64,000 nucleotides of DNA, from positions 11,470,001 through 11,534,000 of the forward strand of contig NC_043008.1 of the NCBI RefSeq assembly GCF_006345805.1. Reading direction: 5' to 3'. The notes beneath the pieces were generated by a model. It saw only the letters and a program-made list of their open reading frames with translations, searched no databases and was not told the origin of the DNA. The stretch comes from Octopus sinensis (lineage: Eukaryota). Positions 29,195-43,033 of this stretch are shown one piece after another. The stretch's first letter is position 1. Every line of letters starts with the position of its first letter. The position numbers and the translations under genes were made by a program.

Positions 29195-29200
<6 letters not shown>
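29085..29200. mobile_element. Repeat E, fused to a family D fragment (28990-29082)
   Basis: Matches 18610-18727 and ends cacggtgatcacggtga before (AT)n. Confidence 0.65.
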
Positions 29201-29276
<76 letters not shown>

Positions 29277-30126
29277 TATATTTGGAGAATTCTATCAATA
29301 TTACTCATTATTGACTTGGGGAACGTAGCGGATATTAAAGTATACTGTTTCTATTCAAGATAACGCTTCGTGCATGTAGAAACTTTTAAGACACCCGGAA
29401 TAAAATGAAAGAAATTTTCTTGCAAAAATTAAAACCAAGTTATAGATTTTTCTGTCTAGTTTTAACCACGGCGTTCACACACATTTCCCCGTGGAAAGAA
29501 GATACTTTAATTTATTGCATTTCAATTATTATTGGCTGTCAAGTTCAAACCACCATAGACATACGTATTCAAGAAATATTGTTCAATATGTGGAGCTTCA
29601 AAAAGAACGTGTGGAACTTCCAACAGTACTGCGCAAAAATTATCTAGTTAAATATATCGATTACATATCAATCTAGAGATACTTTTATAGAGTATTGATT
29701 CAACATATTGCAGTTCCCATTTTTATCAGTTTTGGAATATTTTCTGAGATCCAATTTTAAAAAGAATTAAAATGTCTGATGACTTTCCAGGAAACTTCAG
29801 CACAATCACATGACTACGAGCAACATTTACTGTCCTTCGCCATGATCGCCATTAATACGATTTGCTCACATAAACGCCATTGTCACCAATAAGCAAGGCT
29901 TTCACAAGAAACACGTCTCTACTTCACCTACCAAAAGTAATATGTCTACCAAAAGAAACAACCAACACACTGCCAAAACCATCACCGCTATTGTCGACCA
30001 CTCTTCCTCTCACATTCTCATATTCTCACGTTCTCACCATCAACCTGGCTGTAAATGTTCTCTCTCTTTCACTATATCTATTGCCCTATTTCTGTTTATA
30101 TCTGTCTGTCTGTCTGCCTGTCTGTC

Positions 30127-30191
<65 letters not shown>

Positions 30192-30240
30192 TCATTTAAC
30201 ATTATCCTCTATAACTTCGCCGTCGTTGATCGCCAAATAT

Positions 30241-30289
<49 letters not shown>

Positions 30290-30314
30290 AGCTACTACTA
30301 CCACTACTACTATT

Positions 30315-30575
30315 AATGTTATTGAGTGCGAAGGCAGTGCATGCTATCAAAGTGACTCTGGAGGGAAAATATACGAAGCCCAGTATACCCATCATGACTA
30401 CACATGTGATAAGGGTACACAAGGTACATGCGTCACAATCATATGTGCATGACTTGGTGATCTCATATCAAGATAAACAGCGCACGACATTGCAGTTGGG
30501 ACCGAATTAGAGTCTTCTTTAGTCCGAGTAGCCCATCCCGCTCAAAGGTCGCTGAATATAGGGTGTATTCAACCA
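30315..30575. mobile_element. Probable interspersed repeat (single copy here), adjacent to (CTA)n
   Basis: Only recalled resemblance to an octopus interspersed repeat. There is no second copy in the window. Confidence 0.4.
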
Positions 30576-31348
30576 GGCCTTTCGCGACACACTTAAAGCC
30601 AGGAACTTTTTAGCACCCCTCGTATGTTCTTATCATCTTCAGCTGTGTAGCCGCAATTCAGCGCCATCTCTTGCCGCTATTTTCTTCCATTTCTCGTCCT
30701 ATGAGGTAAGAATATTAATGTTAACGATAAAGCAATGTGTTTTTAAAGCGAACGTCAGGTTCACACAAGGAAATATTTTTGGAAATGTTTAAAGGACTTC
30801 GCGTCTTTACTGGAGGCCCCTTGGTCTGATCCAATACACCAGGAATAAATAGAAAGTCGCTCACCTTTTTTCTTCTGAATATAAATGACTCAAGGATTTA
30901 TACCATCTGTAAATTTTGTTGTTGTTCTTTTTAAAATATTGCTATGATAAATGTCACTGATATTTATTCAGATAATCTGATGATATGCATACTAAATATA
31001 TTTATACAATTTTTGAAAAGACAGACGAAAATTCAGAATTACCATTTCTTGGAATTTCTTCCATGATATTTCAATATCTTCGTAACAATGTATTCCTAAT
31101 AATTTTTTCGATTTAATTTTGTACATAACCATGTTATTCTATGCATGATATTGATAGCATTATAATAACTACTTCAGGCTTCTTACATACATTGAACATC
31201 GTTTGCATATATTATAGCTCTTCGGTAATTTGCTTCAAAAATCATAATGAAAATCGCATGAAGTATTATATTATATTATTTCCATAACCTATTATGTTTC
31301 TGGTAAATTTTTGGAACATCATGTTTTAGAACATCATGTTTGGAACAT

Positions 31349-31503
31349 AGGCGCAGGAGTGGGTGTGTGGTAAGTAGCTTGCTTACCAACCACATGGTTC
31401 CGGGTTCATTCCTTCTGTGTGACATCTTGGGCAAGTGTCTTCAACTATAGCCTTGTGAGTGGATTTGGTAGACGGAAACTGAAAGAAGCATGTCATATAT
31501 ATG

Positions 31504-31546
<43 letters not shown>

Positions 31547-31763
31547 ATGTTTGTGTGTTTATGTTTGTCGCCCCAGCATCGCTTGACTACCGATGCTGGT
31601 GTGTTTATGCCCCCGTAACTAGCGGTTCAGCAAAAATGACCGATAGAATAAGTACTAGGCTTCTAAAGAAGAAGACCTGGGATCGATTTGCTCGACTAAT
31701 GGCGGTGCTCCAGCATGGCCGCAGTCAGATGACTGAAACAAGTAAAATAGTGAAAAGTAAAGA
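31349..31763 (+). mobile_element. SINE family C
   Basis: Direct similarity to family C. Confidence 0.85.
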
Positions 31764-32660
31764 GTATCATTCAAGGTAACGCTACGCACTTTTACTCGTT
31801 GTGTAGTATATCCAGTTGAATACTTTTTGTGTGACGTCTGTTTCTGTGTATTCAGTCTTTCTTTGTCTCTCGCTTGCCCTCCTCCCCATCTCTTTTCTCT
31901 TTCCTCTCTGAATATTCACATTTCTTTCGTTCATTTCCTTTTTCGCCTCACCATTGACTCGATCAATCACGCTTCTCTCTGATCCTCCACTTCATTTTAC
32001 TCGGTTCGTTTTCTTAGCCTCTCGTTGTGACTTTCCAGCTCTCCAGTCCTAATGTACAGTTTCCAGTTATCCATTTCTACCGTACATTTTTCTTTCCGTT
32101 ATTCTACATTCGTTCATCTTTTCAGCTGCACAAACTTTCTTCGTTGTACATGTTTTATCTATTGTCTCCATATCCACATTTTGTCGAGTTTCTTTTCGTC
32201 TTTGTCTTGCACATTCGTTTGTCCTTTCCCAGTGAGTCGTCGCCGCTGGCGCAACAAGAAAGTGAACGATAACATCGTCAAAAGTGCGGTATTTTTATGA
32301 TCTTTTAAAGATCATTTATTAATATTTACCTTTCCGGCGTTAAATTGTACTTTAGCGTCTGTCGCGTTGGTAGGCAGTAACAGTCTTGTGGAAGTAAACC
32401 AGATTCCGTCCTGAAATTTAATCGCAAATTAATGTTGAGCTGTTACTCCACATTAAACCAGTCACGACAAACAAAATCGCAGGCCTCATTCCCCTCCTGG
32501 GAGGGGGTGAGAGCTACATGGTGTGGTTGAGGGTAGAATTCCACGGTTTCTTCTATGTGGATAGACTGGCCATTCCTATGTGGATAGTCTGGATAATTCT
32601 AACGAGGAATTAGCTACGAATTTTATGTTGTTCGCGTCAGATTATTGTAACATTATATAA

Positions 32661-32705
<45 letters not shown>

Positions 32706-34859
32706 TTCAAAGACGTCTCTTAATGAAGTATTTGCGAGCAGAATTTAATAGCTATTATTAAACTAATATATATATATATATATATATGACTTACTTGAAT
32801 AATATCATTCTATAATTTCGTTTCTCTGATACTGAAGCAAGGCCGTTTATTATCAAGGTCTGTTGCTTCGGCGGAGGTCATGTTAGAACGTAAATATCTA
32901 TAAGAAAATATCATTATATTTTGACATTCTTCACACTAAATGGCACGGATATAAAGAGGAATGATCAATGTGGGAAAGGATGTTTCAGTCTTTTAAGGTG
33001 TTGAATTGCATTATAACTGTTCCAGATGACCGGATTAGCCCGCTTATCTTCCGTTACCAACGCTTTCTTAAATCGATTAAGAGAACAATCTGCTCACTTC
33101 TCAGGAAGTGACCAATTTGAGAAAATTTTCCGTTGTATGCAGCAGCGCTACAACTTATAAATATAGTTTTGAAGTTTTCGGCTGCAGTTATGTTATTTGG
33201 TTCGAGGTGGAAGTTACCAGATTTATCTAGCGTTCGAATTATGTTAGAAAATTTTAAACTCATAAGAACAAAGAAAATAGAGATGTAACGCGATATTTTG
33301 AAATTAAAGAAGTTCTTCAAACGAATATGTCGCCAAATGCTCATTAAATTGTCGCTTTAAGAACGAAGTTCTCTCGATTTCCGACAGGTAAATTAACAAT
33401 ATATAATATTACCATGAAAGAATGTAAATAATGAGCTCTGAATACGTCAATTCCTTTTCAAGAAATAGAAAGTAGATGTTGAGAAACAGCTAAAGCTGAT
33501 GTATTACGGACGTTGAATGAGCAATGAGACCTTGATTTTCATATGTTTATAAATTAAAAATTGAATTTGTTTAATGAAGTTTGAATTTTAAATGCGGCAA
33601 TGATTATCGCTGAGGTAATTTCATCGAAGCAATTTTTTTTTATCAATAGCTCCTCGTATTTGGGTTCGACATATGTTAAGAATTTTCCAGATGCAAATTT
33701 GCATCGTATTATCTCATATGTTGCTTCAATGTATCCGTAAATTTCCCAAGTCCATTACTAATGAATTATTTTTCAAATATTCAAAAACCACTTAGTCGCT
33801 AACTAAGCCTCTACTTTATGCTAAAAGAACACAATTCTCTTGGATTTTTTTAAAGATTTAATGCTGCAAAACATAATTTGTCGAAATGTATATTTGATCA
33901 TTGTAAAATACTTCTTTACACCTATATCATCTGTTGTAATGTTTAACAGAATATTTAAGATGAGTGTTTGCGGTGTGAAACGCGATAGAAGAAGAATAGA
34001 TAAGATTCCAAATATATTGCAAAGAAGCCATAAAACTCTTTCCAATATTTATCGCAGATATGTCAGATCTATATATATACTTTATGAGGAATACTGAAGC
34101 AATATATTTAAGAATTGTTATTTATATCTGGGTATAAGTAAGAAAAAATGCATTCCAATGTAAACATTGATATTATTACTCAATAACAGAAATATCCATT
34201 AAAATCATCGTAAAAATCTTTAGTGATTCTTTATTGTATAACGATGTTTACTGAATTCCCACCAACCAATGCAATTTTATATTTTGGCTTTTCATTGCAC
34301 AATAGAAAATTATTGTGATTCAAACATATTCGTGACAGCTTTCTAATCTTTGCCCTCTGAAATATTGCGTTGATTCACAAATGGTAAAATATTACAAATA
34401 TTGATATTTTAAGTAATTTAAAATGGTTAACAAATTCGTACTTGTTTGGTAAATGTTTTGAACTGGGACCGAATATCGAATCTTAAATATTTATGTCATG
34501 GAATTTTCATAATTGTTGTTTGTGAACATACAAACATGTTATAGTCACTTTTCCTTTAAATGTATGGGTATAGCAACTAATGTAGTACAAAAACGTTTCC
34601 TCTCACGTCTTCACCGATTGATTGGGATTCATTCTTCAGTATCATCGCCTCAGAAGTTTGACGGAATTTTGAGGATTTATAGCCATCAGGAACCGTCGAT
34701 GCTTCCTAGGGCTAAACAGCGGTGGTGTCACGTTCACGTTAGATTGACAGTATACAACCGTTCTATCGCCCCACCACTGTACATATCTCTATGAGAGATT
34801 TAGAAATTTAATATTTGTAATAATAGATTGTCACAACGAAAAGTGGTTATAAGATATAA

Positions 34860-35185
34860 GGAGCACTCCGTCGGTTGCGACGACGAGAGCCCCATCTAAT
34901 ACGATCAACGGAACAGCTTGCTCGTGAAATTAACGTGCAAGTGGCTGAGTACTCCACAAACACGTGTTCCCTTAACGTAGTTCTCGGGGAGATTCAGCGT
35001 GACACAGTGCGTGACAAGACTGGCCCTTTGAAATACAGGTACTACTCATTTTTAGCAGCTGAGTGGAGTGGAACAACGTGAAATAAAGTGTCTTGCTCAA
35101 GGACTAAACGCGCCGCCGGGAATTGAACTCACGACCTTACGATCATGAGCCGAATGCCCCTAACCACTAAGCCACACGCCTTCAC
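34860..35185 (-). mobile_element. SINE family A2 (A-type head, different 3' half)
   Basis: The reverse complement aligns along its length to 60498-60800. Confidence 0.8.
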
Positions 35186-36012
35186 GGTTATAAGATATAC
35201 GAATATATTGTCTCGTTCAGAGATTTATTATTACTTGCAGACAGTTTTTCGAAATCAGTGACAGTAGTTACTAGAAAAACCCATAAGTATTTGCAAACAG
35301 GTCTTCCTTTTCCTCGTAAACCGGTGATCACCGTGCGTTGACAAGAGGCAAACACCTCGAAACTGCAGTCCGTGCGTATCACTTAGGCTTACGAGAGAGG
35401 GATGACGTCCCTTTGGAAATACCATAAGGGCACAGATAGTGTGCCTGAAGCCGGCTAGAGACGATGATCTCCTGGGGCTAAAAGCTACAGTAACACCCAC
35501 CCCTAGTGGTTAGCCATATTGAGATGGCTAGTATACTTTACGTTGTCGAGCGGTTACTGTTTACATCTCGTTCAGAGATTTATTATTGAATATATTGTCA
35601 TTTGTTTTCAAATATACTGACATGGTCTTTAGTCGACGGGATTAATCTCTGTCAGCAGATATATCGCTATCCCAACCAGTTGTATCAACACTACAGCTTC
35701 AATAATCAATGAAGCAAACACTCCAACAGCAGCAACCAAACACACAAACACAAAATGTAGTGCTTGTGAGGAGGACCAACGAAGAATTGATGGCTCTCGT
35801 ACTCTAATAGCCAGGAGGGACATCGAGAGAGAGAGAGAGAGGGGGAGTGATGTTCGCTAGTAGCTCCGTTCAAGTACCAGAAACAATAACGATGTTGCGG
35901 ATACCTTTGAGAACATATAAAATCATTAGGGAGAGCTTCGTTTCCGACGTCTAAAAGCCAGGAGTAGGTTTTTAAGAGAGTTCCCAAATAAAATTTTGGG
36001 ACTTCTAGAAAA

Positions 36013-36112
36013 TCTTCTTCTTCTTCTTCTTCTTCTTCTTCTTCTTCTTCTTCTTCTTCTTCTTCTTCTTCTTCTTCTTCTTCTTCTTCTTCTTCTTCTT
36101 CTTCTTCTTCTT

Positions 36113-36143
<31 letters not shown>

Positions 36144-36160
36144 TTATTATTATTATTATT
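36013..36160. repeat. Perfect (TTC)n (over 40 units) followed by (TTA)n
   Basis: Seen directly. Sits at the 3' end of the R4/Dong fragment. Confidence 0.95.
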
Positions 36161-37110
36161 TTTGATGTACGCACAACAGATTAAGCTGTTGGATAAATAA
36201 AATTTCCTTGCATCGGGCTACAAGTAACCTTAAATGCTAAGAATTCTCCTAACTATTCTAGCTGTTTCCTGGGGCCGTACTAAACTGGGTTTTGTACCCA
36301 TTTCTGCAATATATCTATTCAAATCTTTAGGAATATTTCCCAATGCACCTATAACTACAGAGATACATTTTACTCACACTTTCCATAGACTCTGTAACAC
36401 AATGTTTAGATCGTGATACTTTGCCATTTTCTCTTTGCCTCTCATACTGACATTATTTTGGCTTGTAAAATCAATTATCTCGCACTTTTTTTCTCCTTGT
36501 CTACTACTACTGAATCAGGCCTTCTAGTCCCAAGTGAAAGTCTCACAACATCTTATATTTTTTACTTTCTAGTACTTTACTAAGTTTATGTTCATACCAT
36601 TTATCATTATGGTCAAATCCTAGCTCAGTGGATTATTCTCACTAGGTTGTCATGTTTTTTCTTGTATTCTTTCTCTACCATCATGCTAAATTCACTTACT
36701 ATACAAGTAACTCTTTCCTTTTTTGACTTGCATAACCTACATTGGGAATCCACTTGGTTTTTTTTTTTTGTCTATCTTGGCTTTTATCCAATTAGATCTT
36801 GTGCTACTACTAATAAACTTTCTGTCTTCCTTTTCAGCCTTGCTTTCTGCAAACCATAACCATGTTTCACTATTACTATTTCCTGCAATTATCTTTGAGA
36901 ATCTACCATGCACAGCCTTCTCTTACCATTCAGATAATCTTTCTTCGTTTTTTCTAGCTTCTAACTTCATTTGGCTTTTCGGTTTCCTTATGTCCTACCG
37001 TGTTTTTAGCCGGTCTTAATAAACTTTTTTCACTATTACCTATACAGGAGACTACATCTACTCTAGTTCACACCACACAGTCTTCTAATGATATTAATCC
37101 CCTTCCAAGT
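36161..37110 (-). mobile_element. R4/Dong-like RLE non-LTR retrotransposon, 3' fragment with 3' UTR (inactivated)
   Basis: Broken minus-strand translation gives GRGLISLEDCV, W*EKAVHGRF, NWIKAKIDK, DSQCRLCKSKKERVTCIVSEFSMMVEKEYKKKHDN (CCHC remnant), WYEHK, RRPDSVVVDK (RLE motif) and KYHDL...VVIGALGNIPKDL...ARIVRRILSI*. The 3' end abuts (AAT)n then (AAG)n. Confidence 0.85.
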
Positions 37111-37133
37111 ACCTTTATTATTATTATTATTCA

Positions 37134-37345
37134 GCGGCAAGCTGGTAGAATCGTTAGCACGTCGTGCAAAATATTTGACGGTATTTCGCCTGTCTTGGCA
37201 TTCTGAGTTCAAATTCCACCAAGGTCGACCTTGCCTTTCATCCTTTAGAGTGCCTATGAAATAAATACTAGATGACCGCTGAGATCGATGTAAACGACTT
37301 AACAGCTCTTCCTAAACTGCTGGCCTTGTGCCAAAATTGGAAATC
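37134..37345 (+). mobile_element. SINE family B variant, decayed
   Basis: Head, B box and central segment are recognisable. Confidence 0.7.
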
Positions 37346-37837
37346 ATCATTATATCATTATTAATAATGTTATTATTATTAGTAGTAATAATGATAATAA
37401 TAACAATAATAATAACAAAAGATTATTATTATTATTATTATTATTATTGATATCAACAGTATGCCAAAATTGAATATTGAAAAAGAGATCAGCAATAAGT
37501 CCATTTCTCCTTTCCGTGTAAAAGTATGTTTGTCAAAACTCTCTTCGTCCGTACAAACTTTACGATGAATTCATCTGTAATCGATAAACAGTTCATGAAT
37601 ACAAGCAAACCAACGGAAATTACATCGCATTGATAACGAAGAATGTTAGCTATCTGTGTGCATTATACTGCCTGTCCAAACATTTGCACTGAGGACAGTT
37701 CCATGTAGCGCTGCTAATGGTGTCTGAATGTGCAGATGGTTGACGTTGGCATTATTTACAGTCGATGGGAAACTTTAGAAGACTTTCAAGAAATGCTATA
37801 TGCTTAAGCAAATGTTATTCGATATATAAATATATGA

Positions 37838-37918
<81 letters not shown>

Positions 37919-37950
37919 GTATGTATACACATATGTATGTGTATATATAT

Positions 37951-37997
<47 letters not shown>

Positions 37998-38509
37998 ATA
38001 TATATATATATATATGCATATTTATATAAATGTATATACATATATATATATATATATAATATATATATATATATTATATATATATCTACATACATAAATA
38101 TGTGTCTGTGTGTCTGTATGTATTTGTGTGTGAGCGTGAGCGTGTGTGTGTATATATGTATAGCGAAAGTTCCATATTTTTCTTTCTTATATTCCGCTTC
38201 AACATATTGCACGTATTCTATTGTTTTAATAAGTTTTCCTTACACGAGGTATTTTTTATTTTATTTTATTTTACTTTCTTGGAATGAGAAATAATGTTGC
38301 CCTTCTTTCTTCCTCCGTGTTGTATTTTATTTTATAATTTACATTGTTTTTTATTATTTTATTTAATAACTTGAAAAAACAGATTTTTTTTTCTTTTTCT
38401 GTATAACTTGTCCAGTGTAATGGAATATATGAGTTTTTATGTTTTCTATCGCTGAATCGATGCACACATAAAAGAGCAGCAATAAGCGAATAGCTGCTGC
38501 TGGTTTTGG

Positions 38510-38544
<35 letters not shown>

Positions 38545-38575
38545 TACTACTACTACTACCACTACTAATGCTACT

Positions 38576-38832
38576 GTGGAGGCGCGTGGCTTAGTGGTTA
38601 GGGTGTAGGCGTCATGATCATAAGATTGTGGTTTCGATTCCTGAATCGGGCGGCGCGTTGTGTTCTGGAGCAAAACACTTCATTTCACGTTCGTCCAGTC
38701 CACTCAGCTGGCAAAAATGAGTAACGCTGCGATGGACTGGCGTCCCGTCCAGCTGGGGAACACATACGCCATTGAAACCGGGAAACTGGACCCATGAGCC
38801 TGGCTTAGCTTTAAAAGGGCGTATTTATTATT
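38576..38832 (+). mobile_element. SINE family A, between (CTA)n tracts
   Basis: Reverse complement of 316-560. Confidence 0.85.
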
Positions 38833-38836
38833 TTAA

Positions 38837-38883
<47 letters not shown>

Positions 38884-39324
38884 GAATAATAATAATAATT
38901 CTTTCAATTATTGGAACAAGGCCTAGAATTTCTCAGGATGTGACTGTTTTTATCCAACCCTTTGCACAACGGCTACATATATTATTGACCTCGATAAGAG
39001 GAAAGCAAGGTCGGCCTCGGCAGAATATGTTTTGTACGTTTCGTCCAAAGTGTTAACCACATACCACAGACATTTTACTATGCGCGTCGTTTGCTATCTT
39101 TGTTCTTGTATAGCTTGTCCAGTTAGAGCAACTATTATTTCTTATTTGCTTACTCCAAGAAAATATAAAAAATGGCTAATAGTTTCCTTAAATTCTGCTT
39201 TTTCTTACATTTATTCAAACCACGATGCATCTCCCTCAATACTTGATTGTGATGTTCTTTCACTACTCCCGTTCATAATCGGTGATGCACATAATGTCAA
39301 TTACTGAAGGATATTAAAAGGAAA

Positions 39325-39685
39325 GACCTGTATGCTGGAGAATTTTCCTGATAAAGCAAAACCCTTTTCGTCGGTTTTCCTGAGAATCAGTTCTTCCTAG
39401 CCTTTCGTATGCGCCTCAGCAATTTGGCATAGCACTTTCCATTGAATGAGTGGCCCCTTTGAAGATAGTCAGTAAGCACAAAGCCTTTTTCATCGTCGAA
39501 AACTGAAGGCATCACACTCCTGCAATACGAAATTACCTTGGCCTTCTTTAGAGTCTCTTTGTCTTTGGCGTAAAGTATTGAATCCATCATTCATCCTGGC
39601 TCAGGAAATGCCCAAGTAAACCAGCCAGGTCTGCCTCAAACAATTTCAATTTTCCCCATGATGTTACCAGCCTGGTGCGCTTTTG
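39325..39685 (-). mobile_element. mariner (DD34D-type) transposase relic
   Basis: LFEADLAGLLGHFLSQDE*WIQYF, VMPSVFDDEKGFVLTDYLQRGHSFNGKCYAKLLRRIRKA and VLLYQENSPAYRS (HQDNAPAH remnant). Confidence 0.85.
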
Positions 39686-39700
39686 AACAGGTGTCAGAAG

Positions 39701-39736
<36 letters not shown>

Positions 39737-39784
39737 ATATATATATATGTATATACATACACACACACACTCACACACACACAT

Positions 39785-39839
<55 letters not shown>

Positions 39840-41054
39840 CACACATTGTATATTATCGTAGCTATACCTAATTTGTGTAAGTATTCTTTGTTTATAAAAA
39901 TCTATTTTATATGAAAAAGGAACATAGATCATACATTAAATGGTAGGATTAACGTATTTCATTTACAATACACATTAACGTCTGCAATATCAATCACTTA
40001 GGTTGGCATTAGTTTAAAAGCTCTACAGACAATTTTCTGATATTATCTATTCAGTCGCCCAGAATAGCGATAATTTGTTTTACAAAGCATAATATATTTC
40101 CGTACTGTTCAGCAATCTAAATTCTAAATGATTAATTAAAACCATTTCAAATACGAGTAGCATATTTTTTTTTCTTTCTGTCAATGTATCTTTATTCGTT
40201 CTGAAAGTGTGTTTGCAAAGTCAATATTCCTAACAAGTTAGCATAGTGCTGTCATTGAAACCGGCATATGAGAGAATATTTATTTCTCTTGTGGATATAG
40301 TTGTAAAAGTTTACCAAAACTTCGTTTCAAGAATTCCTACGAACACAACTATTACAATAAAACAAAAAGATGTACAAATTAAAATCTTTAGAAATTACAT
40401 AATTTCCATCATTCAAGTTTAGATATAAATTCTATAAGTTTTCGAAGCTGGGCATGATAAAAACTCGGGCATACATTCACTAAATATAAATGAATGACAA
40501 CTACAATGGATTCAATAAGCGATGCGATAGGCTATACACTAGCTATGATTTTATTAAATTTTAGAAGATTGTCTTCGTAAGAAAATACCATGTCAATCAT
40601 AGGCAGGTTTAAGACGAGCGTATAGAAACATAATTAATTGTAGTATTGTAGTATAAAGGTATGAGGATTCTATGAATAGAAGTATGTTTAAAATCAATCC
40701 TTAAGGGTTACAATACCAGTTGAACATAGCTGTCATTTACAGCAAAGGGCAGAGATTATATTCAGAATAAAGGAAACACAGCCTGAAATACATACAGATT
40801 GACTAAATCTACGCTTAACACTCAAACAAATGTCGGTCTTCATAAGTTTAGAATCCCGAAACACATGATACCAAGATTGTTTACATGTACCTTGGAATTT
40901 TTTATATTAGGGAGAAGAGAATTTCGATCGGATTTTTTGAGGATATAATGACCCTGACGCATCTTCATGCATTGCGCTATTTACTGCTATCTTCGTTATT
41001 TTGGATTGAATTTTTTAATGTTGATATTTTATTATGATAAATTTGTTTCCTAAT

Positions 41055-41385
41055 GTTCTCTTTTACTCGTTTCAGTCATTTCACTGTGGCCATGCTGGAG
41101 CACTGCCTTTAGTCGAGCAAATCGACCCCAGAACTTATTCTTTGCAAGCCTATTATTTATTCTATCAGGCTCTTTTGCCGAACCGCTAAGTTATGGGGAC
41201 TTAAACACACCAGTATTAGTTGTCAAGCGATGTTGGGGGGATAAACACAGGCACACAAACATATAAACACACATACACATATATATATATATACACATAT
41301 ATAAGACGGGTTTCTTTCAGTTTCCGTCTACCAAATCTACTCACAAGGCTTTGGTCGGCCCGCAGCTATAGTAGAAGACAGCTGC
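41055..41385 (-). mobile_element. SINE family C, 5'-truncated
   Basis: Reverse-complement similarity to family C. Confidence 0.85.
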
Positions 41386-41422
<37 letters not shown>

Positions 41423-41423
<1 letters not shown>

Positions 41424-41523
41424 CTAATCCAAAGAAGAAAACACAAAAAAACACAACAACGGAGGACGTGGAACAAATATAGTATTGTTGGACGCTCAGG
41501 AAAGAAGAGAAGAAGGAGGGTTT
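41423..41523 (-). mobile_element. Partial copy of the same repeat lacking the hammerhead part, between (AT)n tracts
   Basis: The reverse complement matches 58015-58112 (ctgagcg...aatactat(a)tttgttccacgt...ttgttg...tttggatta). Confidence 0.6.
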
Positions 41524-41546
41524 ATATATATTTATATATATATATA

Positions 41547-41617
<71 letters not shown>

Positions 41618-42632
41618 ATAATTTGTGTATAAATTAAAGAATGTTATAGGTGCGTGTATGTATCTATCTATGTATGTATGAATGCCTCTGGTGTATCTCT
41701 GTATGTGCATATGTTTCTGCATGTTTTTACATCTTGTATGTTGAGTCAAATATATAGTGATGCCTTCTTTATATCAGCTTACAATTGCAATAGTTAATCT
41801 TCTTCCAAATATTTACGTTAATGCGGCGAAAGAATATTCTCACATACATGATTACGGTTTATAGTTAGTAAAATACATTGAATGATATTGCAACAAGTAT
41901 ACTTGTTAACGTTTCTTTCACTTCTATACTCTCAATTACTAACGTTTCACGTTCAAAATATCTCGAAAATCTTATTACCATGACAACAGAAGGATACATA
42001 AAATTATTTTTGTATTGTATTTTCTTCATGATATTTCTCTGAAAAACATCTTGGTTTAGAGGTTTCCTGCTTCAGTTACATTAAGCCCTGTTTATTTTCC
42101 AACCGTAAAATACTGGATAAGAGTGGCACTTAGCCCTAATTATTAGTATTTGTGCTGTTATATTAGTCTAGTTTCGGATCAGTACCGACCGACTAGGATT
42201 GAACTTTGAATGAAGTTGCTCTCATTACTACCATCTCAACTGTTTAGACTGCAGTTCATCATTTGATAGAAGATATCCTTGATACTTTTAATGTACGGAG
42301 ATAACCTGAGAGATTTTATTCCTATATTGTGCATTTTCTTATTGTGTTTGAAGTAATTTATCGAGCGGAGCATGAAAAAACTTCCGTGGAGGAAATATAT
42401 TCTTATGAGATAGTTTTATGTCATTTCTTAAAAAGGTTGATGTATGTTTCCGTTATGCTCCTGCTGGAACTGAAATTCCTTTTAGAGTATATTGCTTAAA
42501 AGCAGTTATAAAGTAACAATATGTATATCTTATATATTTCAAGTCGCAGATTTGGAAATAAAAAGACTCAGTATCCAGAAACATTTAATAATATCCTTCT
42601 AGAGCATATAGCTTAAAAGCAGATATAAAGTA

Positions 42633-43033
42633 ATCTTTTATCTTTTATCTTTTACTTGTTTCAGTCATTTGACTGTGGCCATGTTGGAGCACCACCTTTA
42701 GTCAAGCAAATCGACCCCAGGACTTATTCTTTGTAAGCCTAGTACTTATTCTATCAGCCTCTTCTGCCGAACCGCTAATTTACGGGGACGTAAACACACC
42801 AGCTTCGATTGTCAAGCGATGTTGGGGGGACAAACACAAGCGCACAGACATACACACACACACACGAATATATATATATATATATACATATATACGACAG
42901 GCTTCTTTCAGTTTCCGTCTACCAAATCCAATCACAATGCTTTGGTCGGCCCGTGGCTATAGTAGAAGACACGTGCCCAAGGTGCCACGCAGTGGGTCTG
43001 AACCCGAGACCATGTGGCTCGTAAGAAAGCTAC
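42633..43033 (-). mobile_element. SINE family C, full length
   Basis: Reverse-complement similarity. Interrupts a local tandem duplication. Confidence 0.85.

Noticed and set aside
35629-35823. Minus-strand transmembrane-like ORF
   Set aside because: It is the antisense of an A/C-rich tract with no recognisable family or supporting exons.
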